This document shows positions 52,752 to 64,000 of a stretch of DNA of 64,000 bases, one piece after another. Position numbers and translations under genes: made by a program. The notes beneath the pieces are model-generated. The model was not told the DNA's origin and did no database searches. It worked only from the letters and a program-made list of their open reading frames with translations. The stretch is from Escherichia coli (GTDB lineage: Bacteria; Pseudomonadota; Gammaproteobacteria; Enterobacterales; Enterobacteriaceae): NCBI RefSeq assembly GCF_041886205.1, contig NZ_CP169029.1; one strand, written 5' to 3'. Every line of letters starts with the position of its first letter. The stretch's first letter is position 1.

Positions 52752-54089
52752 TTAGTTTGGCAGCGTGCGATCTGGCGTCGTCACCGTACTGGCCGTTTGT
52801 GCCGTTGCCCCCTGCGGCGCAGATTGCATCGGATGCGCAAGGAAATAATTGCGCAGGCCTTTGTAAATGGCTTCTGCCAGCTGTTGTTGGTAATCGTCGC
52901 TCGCCAGCAAACGTTCTTCGCTGTTGTTGCTGATAAAACCGGTTTCGACCAGTACTGATGGGATATCCGGCGAACGCAGAACGCCAAGGCTGGCATGTTC
53001 TGGCCGACGTTTATGTATTTCGCCAATGCGTTGCAACTGACTGATCATACTGGTCGCTACATCATACCCTACCCGCTGGGAATGACCGAACTGTAAATCC
53101 AGCACCGCCTGGCTTAAATAGGGGTCAGACTGACTGTTCGCCAGCACATCACCCGCCCCGCCCAGCAGCTCCGACTGTTTCTCGTGCTGCTCCAGCCAGC
53201 TGGCCATTTCGCTGTTGGCGCGACGGTTAGAGAGCACCCATACAGAAGCGCCAGTCGCACTGCGGTTCGGTGCGGCATCAGCGTGAATCGACACGAGGAA
53301 ATTGGCGTTTTGCTTACGTGCCACATCGCTGCGCCCCATCACCGAGATAAAGTAATCACCGTCACGGGTTAAAACGCCCTTAAACATCGGATCGTCATTG
53401 AGCAAAGTACGCAATTTACGCGCGATGGCGATGGTGACATTTTTCTCCCGCGTACCGCCGGGGCCGATAGCGCCAGGGTCCTGACCGCCGTGTCCGGCAT
53501 CAATAGCGATGATAATTTTATCGCCAGTGTTAGCCGTCGCGCGCGCAGCCGGTCGCGTTACCGTATTACTGCTGATAACACCCGTAGTGCGGTTACTTTC
53601 CGTTTTAAACGGATTGCGCGCCGGTTCGCTGACGCGCGGTGCGACAACCGTAGGCGTTTCAACGCGTTTCGCAACCACAGGCGGCGGAGGAGGCGGTGGC
53701 GGCGCATCGGCGTTAATCGTAAAGACGACAGTGTAATTGCTGCCATTCTGCCGCTTCACCGCTTCGGTTTTACCATTTTCGGTAAGATCGACCACCAGCC
53801 GTAGCGTTTGTGCATCTTTAGGCGTTCCGGAGCGAATCGCCTTCACCAGATTATTACCGCTGAACAACAACGGCAGTCCCTGAATCACGCCCGTTTGTTT
53901 GATATCGAGCGCCACGGTGCGTTTGCTTTGATGGCTAAACGCATAATCAGGATCGCCAATAAAACTCAACGTTATCCGCGCCTGTTGATTACCGTTAGAA
54001 ACCTGAATATCAGAGAGCGTCGCGGCACCCACCTGCGCGCACAGCAGCAGCAACGTCGCTACCAACCAATTTCTGATGCGATACATCAT
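52752..54089 (-). CDS. amiB: N-acetylmuramoyl-L-alanine amidase AmiB
   Basis: ORF 52752..54104, start at [23 protein letters not shown] (445 aa); poly-Pro linker. Confidence 0.93.
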   Translation of the reverse strand: MMYRIRNWLVATLLLLCAQVGAATLSDIQVSNGNQQARITLSFIGDPDYAFSHQSKRTVALDIKQTGVIQGLPLLFSGNNLVKAIRSGTPKDAQTLRLVVDLTENGKTEAVKRQNGSNYTVVFTINADAPPPPPPPPVVAKRVETPTVVAPRVSEPARNPFKTESNRTTGVISSNTVTRPAARATANTGDKIIIAIDAGHGGQDPGAIGPGGTREKNVTIAIARKLRTLLNDDPMFKGVLTRDGDYFISVMGRSDVARKQNANFLVSIHADAAPNRSATGASVWVLSNRRANSEMASWLEQHEKQSELLGGAGDVLANSQSDPYLSQAVLDLQFGHSQRVGYDVATSMISQLQRIGEIHKRRPEHASLGVLRSPDIPSVLVETGFISNNSEERLLASDDYQQQLAEAIYKGLRNYFLAHPMQSAPQGATAQTASTVTTPDRTLPN

Positions 54090-54107
54090 CCCGCCACCTT
54101 TCAAAGG

Positions 54108-56086
<1,979 letters not shown>

Positions 56087-56088
<2 letters not shown>

Positions 56089-57226
56089 GTCAGAGCCCCT
56101 CGATCTCAATCAGTTAGCGCAAAAAATTAAACAGTGGGGGCTGGAACTGGGCTTTCAGCAGGTAGGTATTACCGATACCGATCTCAGCGAGTCCGAGCCC
56201 AAACTGCAAGCATGGCTGGACAAACAATACCACGGCGAAATGGACTGGATGGCACGTCACGGTATGCTGCGCGCTCGCCCTCATGAGTTATTGCCCGGTA
56301 CGCTGCGCGTGATCAGCGTGCGGATGAATTACCTTCCTGCTAACGCCGCATTTGCCAGCACGCTGAAAAACCCCAAACTCGGCTATGTTAGCCGTTATGC
56401 GCTGGGCCGTGACTATCACAAACTTCTGCGCAACCGACTCAAAAAGCTGGGCGAGATGATTCAGCAACATTGTGTTTCGCTGAATTTTAGACCGTTTGTC
56501 GATTCTGCGCCTATTCTCGAGTGCCCGTTAGCTGAAAAAGCTGGGCTCGGCTGGACAGGTAAGCACTCACTTATCCTCAATCGCGAGGCCGGTTCGTTCT
56601 TCTTTTTAGGCGAATTGCTGGTCGATATTCCGCTGCCCGTGGATCAACCAGTCGAGGAAGGATGCGGTAAATGCGTGGCCTGTATGACTATTTGCCCGAC
56701 CGGTGCCATCGTCGAGCCATATACCGTCGATGCTCGCCGCTGTATCTCTTATCTCACCATCGAACTTGAAGGGGCGATCCCGGAAGAGTTGCGACCGTTA
56801 ATGGGAAACCGTATTTACGGTTGCGATGACTGCCAGCTTATCTGCCCGTGGAATCGCTATTCACAACTCACCACAGAAGAGGATTTCAGCCCGCGTAAGC
56901 CGCTACACGCACCGGAACTCATTGAGTTATTCGCCTGGAGCGAAGAGAAGTTTTTAAAAGTCACGGAAGGATCGGCGATTCGTCGTATTGGTCACCTGCG
57001 TTGGCTGCGTAATATCGCCGTAGCATTAGGCAATGCCCCTTGGGATGAAACGATTTTGACAGCGCTGGAAAGTCGTAAAGGTGAGCACCCACTTCTCGAT
57101 GAGCACATAGCGTGGGCGATTGCGCAGCAAATAGAGAGACGAAATGCGTGCATAGTCGAAGTGCAATTGCCGAAAAAACAGCGTCTGGTTCGGGTGATTG
57201 AAAAAGGGTTACCGCGTGACGCCTGA
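56087..57226 (+). CDS. queG: epoxyqueuosine reductase QueG
   Basis: ORF 55979..57226, start at MSEPLDLNQLAQKIKQWGLELGFQQVGITD (379 aa); 4Fe-4S Cys motifs CGKCVACMTICP and CDDCQLICP. Confidence 0.9.
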
Positions 57227-57495
57227 TTCATCCACAGCTTGTGAATAAAAATAAAAACGCATTGCAATTCAAGACGAATAAAATCGTCAAGTGATCGACT
57301 CGACAAAACGGAATCTTAATTTTTAACTTATCTATCAATAGGTTAAAAAAATACTATTCACCGTGCGAAGTTTCTTTGAAATTAAGATTACAGCCTGAGG
57401 CTGTGGATAACTCTGTTTACAAGAGTTTGTCAGAGACAACAAAAACCAGCAATAACGCATCGCGTCGCTGTGGATATTTTATTGAGAGAAGAATT

Positions 57496-57571
<76 letters not shown>

Positions 57572-57606
57572 TTGGGTGGTCTGTGCCTTACAGCACTTTC
57601 AAATTT

Positions 57607-57682
<76 letters not shown>

Positions 57683-57718
57683 TTGGGTGGTCTGTGCTTT
57701 GTAGCACTTTTCAAATTT

Positions 57719-57794
<76 letters not shown>

Positions 57795-57851
57795 GTACTA
57801 CTTAATTTTGCTTTCGTAATTTTCGCATTTCTGCGTCGTTACGGGAGGCGC

Positions 57852-57879
57852 ATTATACGAGAAATCTTTCCCTCTGCAA
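57852..57879 (-). promoter_or_regulatory. Candidate sigma70 promoter for the glyVXY tRNA operon
   Basis: Minus-strand TTGCAG -35 (plus 57874-57879), ~16-nt spacer, TATAAT -10 (plus 57852-57857), GC-rich discriminator GCGCCTCCC, upstream A/T tract. Confidence 0.45.
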
Positions 57880-58004
57880 CCCCCCTAAAAAATTTTTTTT
57901 GAGTTTTTATCTCAAGTGCTGAAATTATCAGCAAGACGTTCAATTTAGCGTCAAAATCACGCCGCCGCAAGTGGATTCCGGCGCTTACGTGACCAGCAAA
58001 AATT

Positions 58005-58550
58005 TTACAGCTTGATAAAATGCTCGCGGTAGTAAGCCAGCTCCGCCACCGATTCACGGATATCATCCATCGCCTGATGCGTCCCCTGCTTGGTAAAACC
58101 ATCCAGAATTTCCGGCTTCCAGCGGCGCGCCAGCTCTTTCAGGGTGCTGACATCGAGATAACGGTAGTGGAAGTAGGCTTCCAGCTCCGGCATGTATTTA
58201 AACAGGAAACGACGGTCCTGTCCGATGCTGTTACCGCAAATCGGCGATTTTCCCGCAGGCACCCACTGTTTTAAGAATTCGAGCGTTGCCAGTTCAGCTT
58301 CCCGATCGCCCATCGTGCTCGCTTTCACGCGCTCTACCAGCCCGCTGGCGGTATGGGTGCGCACGTTCCAGTCATCCATCAGCGCCAGCTGTTCATCGGA
58401 CTGGTGTACTGCAATGGTCGGCCCTTCTGCCAGAATATTCAGGTTGGCATCGGTCACCAGCGTGGCAATCTCAATAATGCGATCGCGCTCGGGATCCAGA
58501 CCGGTCATCTCAAGATCGATCCAAATCAGGTTGTTTTCATTGGCACTCAT
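58005..58550 (-). CDS. orn: oligoribonuclease Orn
   Basis: ORF 58005..58694, start at [29 protein letters not shown] (181 aa). Confidence 0.93.
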
Positions 58551-58644
58551 GCTATTTTCCACCCATTCACAGTGACTATATTGATCCACAATTGCGTGTA
58601 TCATAGATGTTTTGCCCATCAGGGGCGACCAGGAGTCTGTACGA

Positions 58645-59697
58645 TTGAGTAAAAATAAACTCTCCAAAGGCCAGCAGCGCCGCGTGAACGCCAATCACCA
58701 GCGTCGTCTTAAAACGTCTAAGGAGAAGCCCGACTACGACGACAATCTGTTTGGCGAGCCTGATGAAGGTATCGTCATCAGCCGCTTTGGTATGCACGCT
58801 GATGTGGAATCCGCCGATGGCGACGTTCACCGCTGCAATATTCGCCGTACCATCCGTTCGCTGGTGACCGGCGACCGCGTAGTCTGGCGTCCGGGTAAAC
58901 CGGCGGCGGAAGGCGTAAATGTCAAAGGGATCGTGGAAGCGGTGCATGAGCGCACCTCGGTGTTGACGCGTCCGGATTTCTACGACGGCGTGAAACCTAT
59001 TGCCGCCAACATCGACCAGATTGTCATTGTCTCCGCCATTTTGCCGGAGCTGTCGCTCAATATTATCGACCGTTACCTGGTGGCCTGCGAAACCTTGCAG
59101 ATTGAGCCGATTATTGTGCTCAACAAGATAGACCTGCTGGACGACGAAGGCATGGCGTTCGTCAACGAACAGATGGATATCTACCGCAATATCGGTTATC
59201 GCGTATTGATGGTTTCCAGCCATACTCAGGATGGGCTGAAACCGCTGGAAGAGGCGTTGACCGGGCGCATCAGCATTTTTGCCGGCCAGTCTGGCGTCGG
59301 CAAATCCAGCCTGCTGAACGCGTTGCTGGGGCTGCAAAAAGAGATCCTGACCAACGATGTCTCTGACAACTCGGGGCTTGGTCAGCACACCACGACCGCC
59401 GCTCGGCTGTATCACTTCCCGCACGGCGGTGATGTGATTGATTCCCCTGGTGTGCGTGAGTTCGGCCTCTGGCACCTGGAGCCGGAACAAATCACTCAGG
59501 GCTTTGTCGAATTCCATGACTATTTAGGTCTGTGTAAATATCGCGATTGCAAACACGATACCGATCCGGGCTGCGCTATCCGGGAAGCGGTTGAGGAAGG
59601 GAAAATCGCGGAAACCCGTTTCGAAAACTATCACCGTATTCTGGAAAGCATGGCGCAGGTAAAAACGCGTAAAAACTTTTCTGATACGGATGACTGA
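58645..59697 (+). CDS. rsgA: ribosome small-subunit biogenesis GTPase RsgA (apparent TTG start)
   Basis: ORF 58612..59697; [23 protein letters not shown]; G-motifs [10 protein letters not shown]; zinc-finger Cys [14 protein letters not shown]. Confidence 0.9.
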
Positions 59698-59793
59698 CAA
59701 TTAAGCTAACCGTCGTTAGAATCGTCCCCTTTTTTTCAGGATCCGGCATGTAGGCCGGATCAGGAACGACAAAACAATGGCCTGGAGGCTACC

Positions 59794-60762
59794 TTGTTAA
59801 ATTCATTTAAACTTTCGCTACAGTACATTCTGCCGAAACTATGGCTTACTCGCCTGGCGGGTTGGGGCGCAAGCAAGCGGGCAGGATGGCTGACAAAACT
59901 GGTTATCGATCTGTTCGTTAAATACTACAAGGTCGACATGAAAGAGGCGCAAAAGCCGGACACCGCCAGCTACCGCACCTTTAACGAATTCTTTGTCCGT
60001 CCGCTGCGTGACGAAGTACGCCCAATCGATACCGATCCAAATGTCCTGGTCATGCCTGCCGATGGCGTTATCAGCCAGTTGGGTAAAATCGAAGAAGATA
60101 AAATCCTGCAAGCCAAAGGCCACAACTACAGCCTCGAAGCCCTGCTGGCAGGCAACTATCTGATGGCGGACCTGTTCCGCAACGGTACGTTTGTGACCAC
60201 TTACCTCTCCCCGCGTGACTACCACCGCGTACACATGCCGTGCAACGGTATTCTGCGTGAAATGATCTACGTGCCGGGCGATCTCTTCTCCGTTAACCAT
60301 CTCACTGCTCAGAACGTGCCGAATCTGTTTGCCCGTAACGAACGCGTGATCTGCCTGTTCGATACCGAATTTGGCCCAATGGCGCAGATTCTGGTCGGTG
60401 CGACGATTGTAGGCAGCATTGAGACGGTCTGGGCGGGCACCATTACGCCGCCGCGCGAAGGCATCATCAAACGCTGGACCTGGCCTGCCGGGGAAAACGA
60501 CGGTTCTGTGGCGCTGCTGAAAGGCCAGGAAATGGGTCGCTTTAAACTCGGTTCCACCGTTATCAACCTGTTTGCACCGGGTAAAGTGAATCTGGTTGAG
60601 CAACTGGAAAGCCTGTCTGTCACGAAAATTGGCCAGCCGCTGGCAGTATCTACCGAAACCTTTGTTACGCCAGACGCTGAACCGGCCCCGCTTCCTGCTG
60701 AAGAGATCGAAGCAGAACACGACGCCAGCCCATTGGTTGACGACAAAAAAGACCAGGTCTAA
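59794..60762 (+). CDS. psd: phosphatidylserine decarboxylase proenzyme Psd
   Basis: 322-aa [36 protein letters not shown]; LGST self-cleavage motif ([11 protein letters not shown]). Confidence 0.95.
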
Positions 60763-60783
60763 TCCATCAAAGGAAACGCTGAC

Positions 60784-63700
60784 GTGCGCCTGATTATCAC
60801 TTTTCTGATGGCCTGGTGCCTCAGTTGGGGGGCGTACGCCGCGACGGCCCCCGATAGCAAACAAATCACTCAGGAACTGGAGCAGGCAAAAGCGGCGAAA
60901 CCCGCACAGCCGGAAGTCGTAGAGGCGCTCCAGTCTGCCTTAAATGCGCTTGAGGAACGAAAAGGTTCCCTTGAGCGCATCAAACAATATCAGCAAGTTA
61001 TCGATAATTATCCGAAACTCTCCGCTACTCTGCGCGCACAATTAAACAACATGCGTGACGAGCCGCGCAGCGTGTCGCCGGGAATGTCTACCGACGCGCT
61101 GAATCAGGAAATTCTCCAGGTCAGCAGCCAGTTGCTGGATAAAAGCCGTCAGGCCCAGCAAGAGCAGGAGCGCGCCCGCGAGATTGCCGATTCGCTGAAT
61201 CAACTGCCGCAACAGCAAACCGACGCCCGCCGTCAGTTAAATGAGATCGAGCGCCGCCTGGGAACGCTTACCGGCAATACTCCGCTCAATCAGGCACAAA
61301 ATTTCGCGTTGCAGTCTGACTCCGCACGCCTGAAAGCGCTCGTTGATGAACTGGAACTGGCGCAGCTGTCTGCCAATAACCGTCAGGAATTAGCGCGCTT
61401 ACGCTCAGAGCTGGCGGAAAAAGAGAGCCAGCAACTGGATGCGTATTTGCAGGCCTTACGTAATCAGTTGAACAGCCAACGTCAGCTTGAGGCGGAGCGG
61501 GCGCTGGAAAGTACCGAATTGCTGGCAGAAAACAGCGCCGATTTGCCGAAAGACATCGTCGCGCAATTCAAAATTAACCGCGAACTATCGGCGGCACTGA
61601 ATCAACAGGCGCAGCGGATGGATCTCGTTGCCTCGCAACAGCGCCAGGCCACCAGCCAGACGTTACAGGTTCGGCAGGCGCTGAATACGCTGCGTGAACA
61701 GTCGCAATGGCTGGGATCGTCCAACCTGCTCGGCGAAGCGTTGCGGGCGCAGGTGGCACGGCTGCCGGAAATGCCGAAACCACAACAGCTTGATACCGAA
61801 ATGGCGCAGTTGCGTGTGCAACGGTTACGTTATGAGGATCTGCTTAATAAACAGCCGCTGCTACGGCAAATTCATCAGGCCGACGGTCAGCCGCTGACCG
61901 CCGAGCAAAACCGTATTCTGGAAGCACAACTACGCACTCAGCGTGAGTTGCTGAACTCATTGTTGCAGGGTGGCGACACGCTACTATTGGAACTGACCAA
62001 GCTGAAAGTCTCCAACGGGCAACTGGAGGATGCGCTGAAAGAGGTGAACGAAGCAACGCACCGCTATCTGTTCTGGACCTCTGACGTGCGCCCGATGACC
62101 ATCGCCTGGCCGCTGGAAATCGCCCAGGATCTGCGTCGTCTCATTTCGCTGGACACCTTCAGTCAGTTGGGCAAAGCCAGTGTGATGATGCTGACCAGCA
62201 AAGAGACAATTTTGCCGCTGTTTGGCGCGTTGATTCTGGTCGGTTGCAGTATTTACTCGCGCCGCTATTTCACCCGTTTTCTTGAACGTTCGGCGGCGAA
62301 AGTCGGCAAAGTGACTCAGGATCACTTCTGGCTGACGTTGCGCACTCTTTTCTGGTCGATTCTCGTCGCGTCACCGCTGCCGGTGCTGTGGATGACGCTG
62401 GGTTACGGCTTGCGCGAGGCGTGGCCTTATCCGCTGGCGGTCGCGATTGGCGATGGCGTAACGGCCACCGTGCCGCTGCTGTGGGTAGTGATGATTTGCG
62501 CCACCTTTGCCCGCCCGAACGGCTTGTTTATCGCTCATTTTGGCTGGCCGCGCGAACGTGTTTCCCGTGGGATGCGCTACTACCTGATGAGCATCGGGCT
62601 TATTGTGCCGCTGATTATGGCGCTGATGATGTTCGATAACCTCGACGACCGTGAATTCTCCGGTTCGCTGGGACGGCTTTGCTTTATCCTCATTTGCGGT
62701 GCGCTGGCGGTGGTCACCCTCAGCCTGAAAAAGGCCGGGATCCCACTGTATCTCAACAAAGAGGGCAGCGGCGACAACATTACCAACCATATGCTGTGGA
62801 ACATGATGATTGGCGCGCCGTTGGTTGCCATTCTGGCGTCGGCTGTGGGTTATCTGGCAACGGCACAGGCGCTGTTAGCGAGGCTTGAAACCTCGGTTGC
62901 CATCTGGTTCCTGCTACTGGTGGTTTATCACGTTATCCGCCGCTGGATGCTGATCCAGCGCCGCAGGCTGGCGTTTGACCGGGCGAAGCATCGCCGGGCA
63001 GAGATGTTAGCGCAACGTGCGCGTGGCGAAGAGGAAGCGCATCATCACAGTAGCCCGGAAGGAGCAATTGAAGTCGATGAAAGCGAAGTCGATCTCGATG
63101 CCATCAGTGCGCAATCCTTGCGGCTGGTGCGCTCAATTTTGATGTTGATCGCCCTGCTTTCGGTCATTGTGCTGTGGTCAGAAATCCATTCCGCTTTCGG
63201 CTTCCTCGAAAATATTTCGTTGTGGGATGTCACTTCCACGGTACAGGGCGTGGAAAGTCTGGAGCCGATTACCCTCGGTGCGGTGCTGATTGCCATTCTG
63301 GTATTTATCATCACCACGCAGCTGGTGCGCAACCTGCCCGCGCTGCTGGAACTGGCGATTTTGCAGCACCTGGATTTAACGCCGGGTACGGGCTACGCCA
63401 TCACCACCATCACCAAATATCTGCTGATGCTGATTGGCGGGCTGGTCGGCTTCTCAATGATTGGTATTGAGTGGTCGAAATTGCAGTGGCTGGTTGCCGC
63501 GCTCGGTGTTGGTCTCGGTTTTGGTTTGCAGGAAATTTTCGCCAACTTTATCTCTGGCCTGATCATCCTGTTCGAAAAACCGATTCGCATTGGCGATACG
63601 GTAACGATCCGCGATCTTACTGGTAGCGTGACGAAAATTAATACCCGCGCAACCACCATCAGCGACTGGGACCGTAAAGAGATAATCGTGCCGAACAAGG

Positions 63701-64000
63701 CGTTTATTACCGAGCAGTTTATCAACTGGTCGCTCTCTGACTCGGTCACGCGCGTGGTGTTGACGATTCCGGCCCCTGCCGATGCCAACAGTGAAGAAGT
63801 GACGGAAATCCTGCTCACCGCAGCGCGTCGCTGCTCGCTGGTGATCGACAACCCGGCACCGGAAGTCTTCCTGGTGGATCTGCAACAGGGGATTCAGATT
63901 TTCGAGCTGCGTATTTACGCCGCTGAGATGGGTCACCGTATGCCGCTACGCCATGAGATCCACCAGCTAATTCTGGCAGGCTTCCATGCCCACGGTATCG
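60784..64000 (+). CDS. mscM: miniconductance mechanosensitive channel MscM (YjeP), 5' ~3.2 kb, continues beyond window end (GTG start)
   Basis: Frame 1 open from 60784 to window end with no terminated ORF in that frame in the track; VRLIITFLMAWCLSWGAYAATAPDSKQ signal, long coiled-coil Q/L-rich region, C-terminal MscS-like TM region. Confidence 0.85.
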   Translation, partial: MRLIITFLMAWCLSWGAYAATAPDSKQITQELEQAKAAKPAQPEVVEALQSALNALEERKGSLERIKQYQQVIDNYPKLSATLRAQLNNMRDEPRSVSPGMSTDALNQEILQVSSQLLDKSRQAQQEQERAREIADSLNQLPQQQTDARRQLNEIERRLGTLTGNTPLNQAQNFALQSDSARLKALVDELELAQLSANNRQELARLRSELAEKESQQLDAYLQALRNQLNSQRQLEAERALESTELLAENSADLPKDIVAQFKINRELSAALNQQAQRMDLVASQQRQATSQTLQVRQALNTLREQSQWLGSSNLLGEALRAQVARLPEMPKPQQLDTEMAQLRVQRLRYEDLLNKQPLLRQIHQADGQPLTAEQNRILEAQLRTQRELLNSLLQGGDTLLLELTKLKVSNGQLEDALKEVNEATHRYLFWTSDVRPMTIAWPLEIAQDLRRLISLDTFSQLGKASVMMLTSKETILPLFGALILVGCSIYSRRYFTRFLERSAAKVGKVTQDHFWLTLRTLFWSILVASPLPVLWMTLGYGLREAWPYPLAVAIGDGVTATVPLLWVVMICATFARPNGLFIAHFGWPRERVSRGMRYYLMSIGLIVPLIMALMMFDNLDDREFSGSLGRLCFILICGALAVVTLSLKKAGIPLYLNKEGSGDNITNHMLWNMMIGAPLVAILASAVGYLATAQALLARLETSVAIWFLLLVVYHVIRRWMLIQRRRLAFDRAKHRRAEMLAQRARGEEEAHHHSSPEGAIEVDESEVDLDAISAQSLRLVRSILMLIALLSVIVLWSEIHSAFGFLENISLWDVTSTVQGVESLEPITLGAVLIAILVFIITTQLVRNLPALLELAILQHLDLTPGTGYAITTITKYLLMLIGGLVGFSMIGIEWSKLQWLVAALGVGLGFGLQEIFANFISGLIILFEKPIRIGDTVTIRDLTGSVTKINTRATTISDWDRKEIIVPNKAFITEQFINWSLSDSVTRVVLTIPAPADANSEEVTEILLTAARRCSLVIDNPAPEVFLVDLQQGIQIFELRIYAAEMGHRMPLRHEIHQLILAGFHAHGI

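Noticed and set aside
59839-60864. 341-aa minus-strand ORF
   Set aside because: Antisense to psd; Arg/Gly/His-rich junk-like translation.

Overview
This window is enterobacterial core chromosome that I recognise as the Escherichia coli / Shigella tamB–mscM region (K-12 b4221 to b4159), in reverse-complement orientation relative to the K-12 reference. Gene order and protein lengths match K-12 almost throughout: tamB-tamA, msrA, ytfLKJI, cysQ, cpdB, ytfH, qorB, ytfF, ytfE, cycA, fklB, ytfB, then yjfZ, rplI-rpsR-priB-rpsF, yjfY, ulaFEDCBA/ulaGR, yjfP, bsmA, yjfN, aidB, yjfCMLKJI, rlmB-rnr-nsrR, purA, yjeT, hflCKX-hfq-miaA-mutL-amiB-tsaE-nnr, queG, three tandem tRNA-Gly(GCC), orn, rsgA, psd and the 5' ~3.2 kb of mscM. 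Three things depart from that backbone. (1) An IS200/IS605-family element of about 1.8 kb with divergent tnpA and tnpB sits between ytfB and a ytfA remnant; the TnpB has an intact RuvC-like triad and zinc finger, so it is a candidate RNA-guided (OMEGA-type) nuclease. (2) A complete 1310-bp IS629-like IS3-family element with flanking direct repeats interrupts yjfZ. (3) A YagU/DUF1440-like membrane-protein gene lies between yjfY and ulaF, where I do not recall a gene in K-12. In addition, the first ~12 kb carries an unusual density of frameshifts in otherwise conserved genes (tamB, tamA, ytfL, ytfJ, ytfI, cysQ, cpdB), several of them visible 2–4 bp tandem duplications, while the remaining ~52 kb shows none; I cannot tell from sequence alone whether this is assembly error or real pseudogenisation. 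I found no CRISPR array, prophage or clearly novel multi-gene defence system; the TnpB element is the most system-like item. All identifications are by eye from the translations and from memory of K-12; no database search was run.
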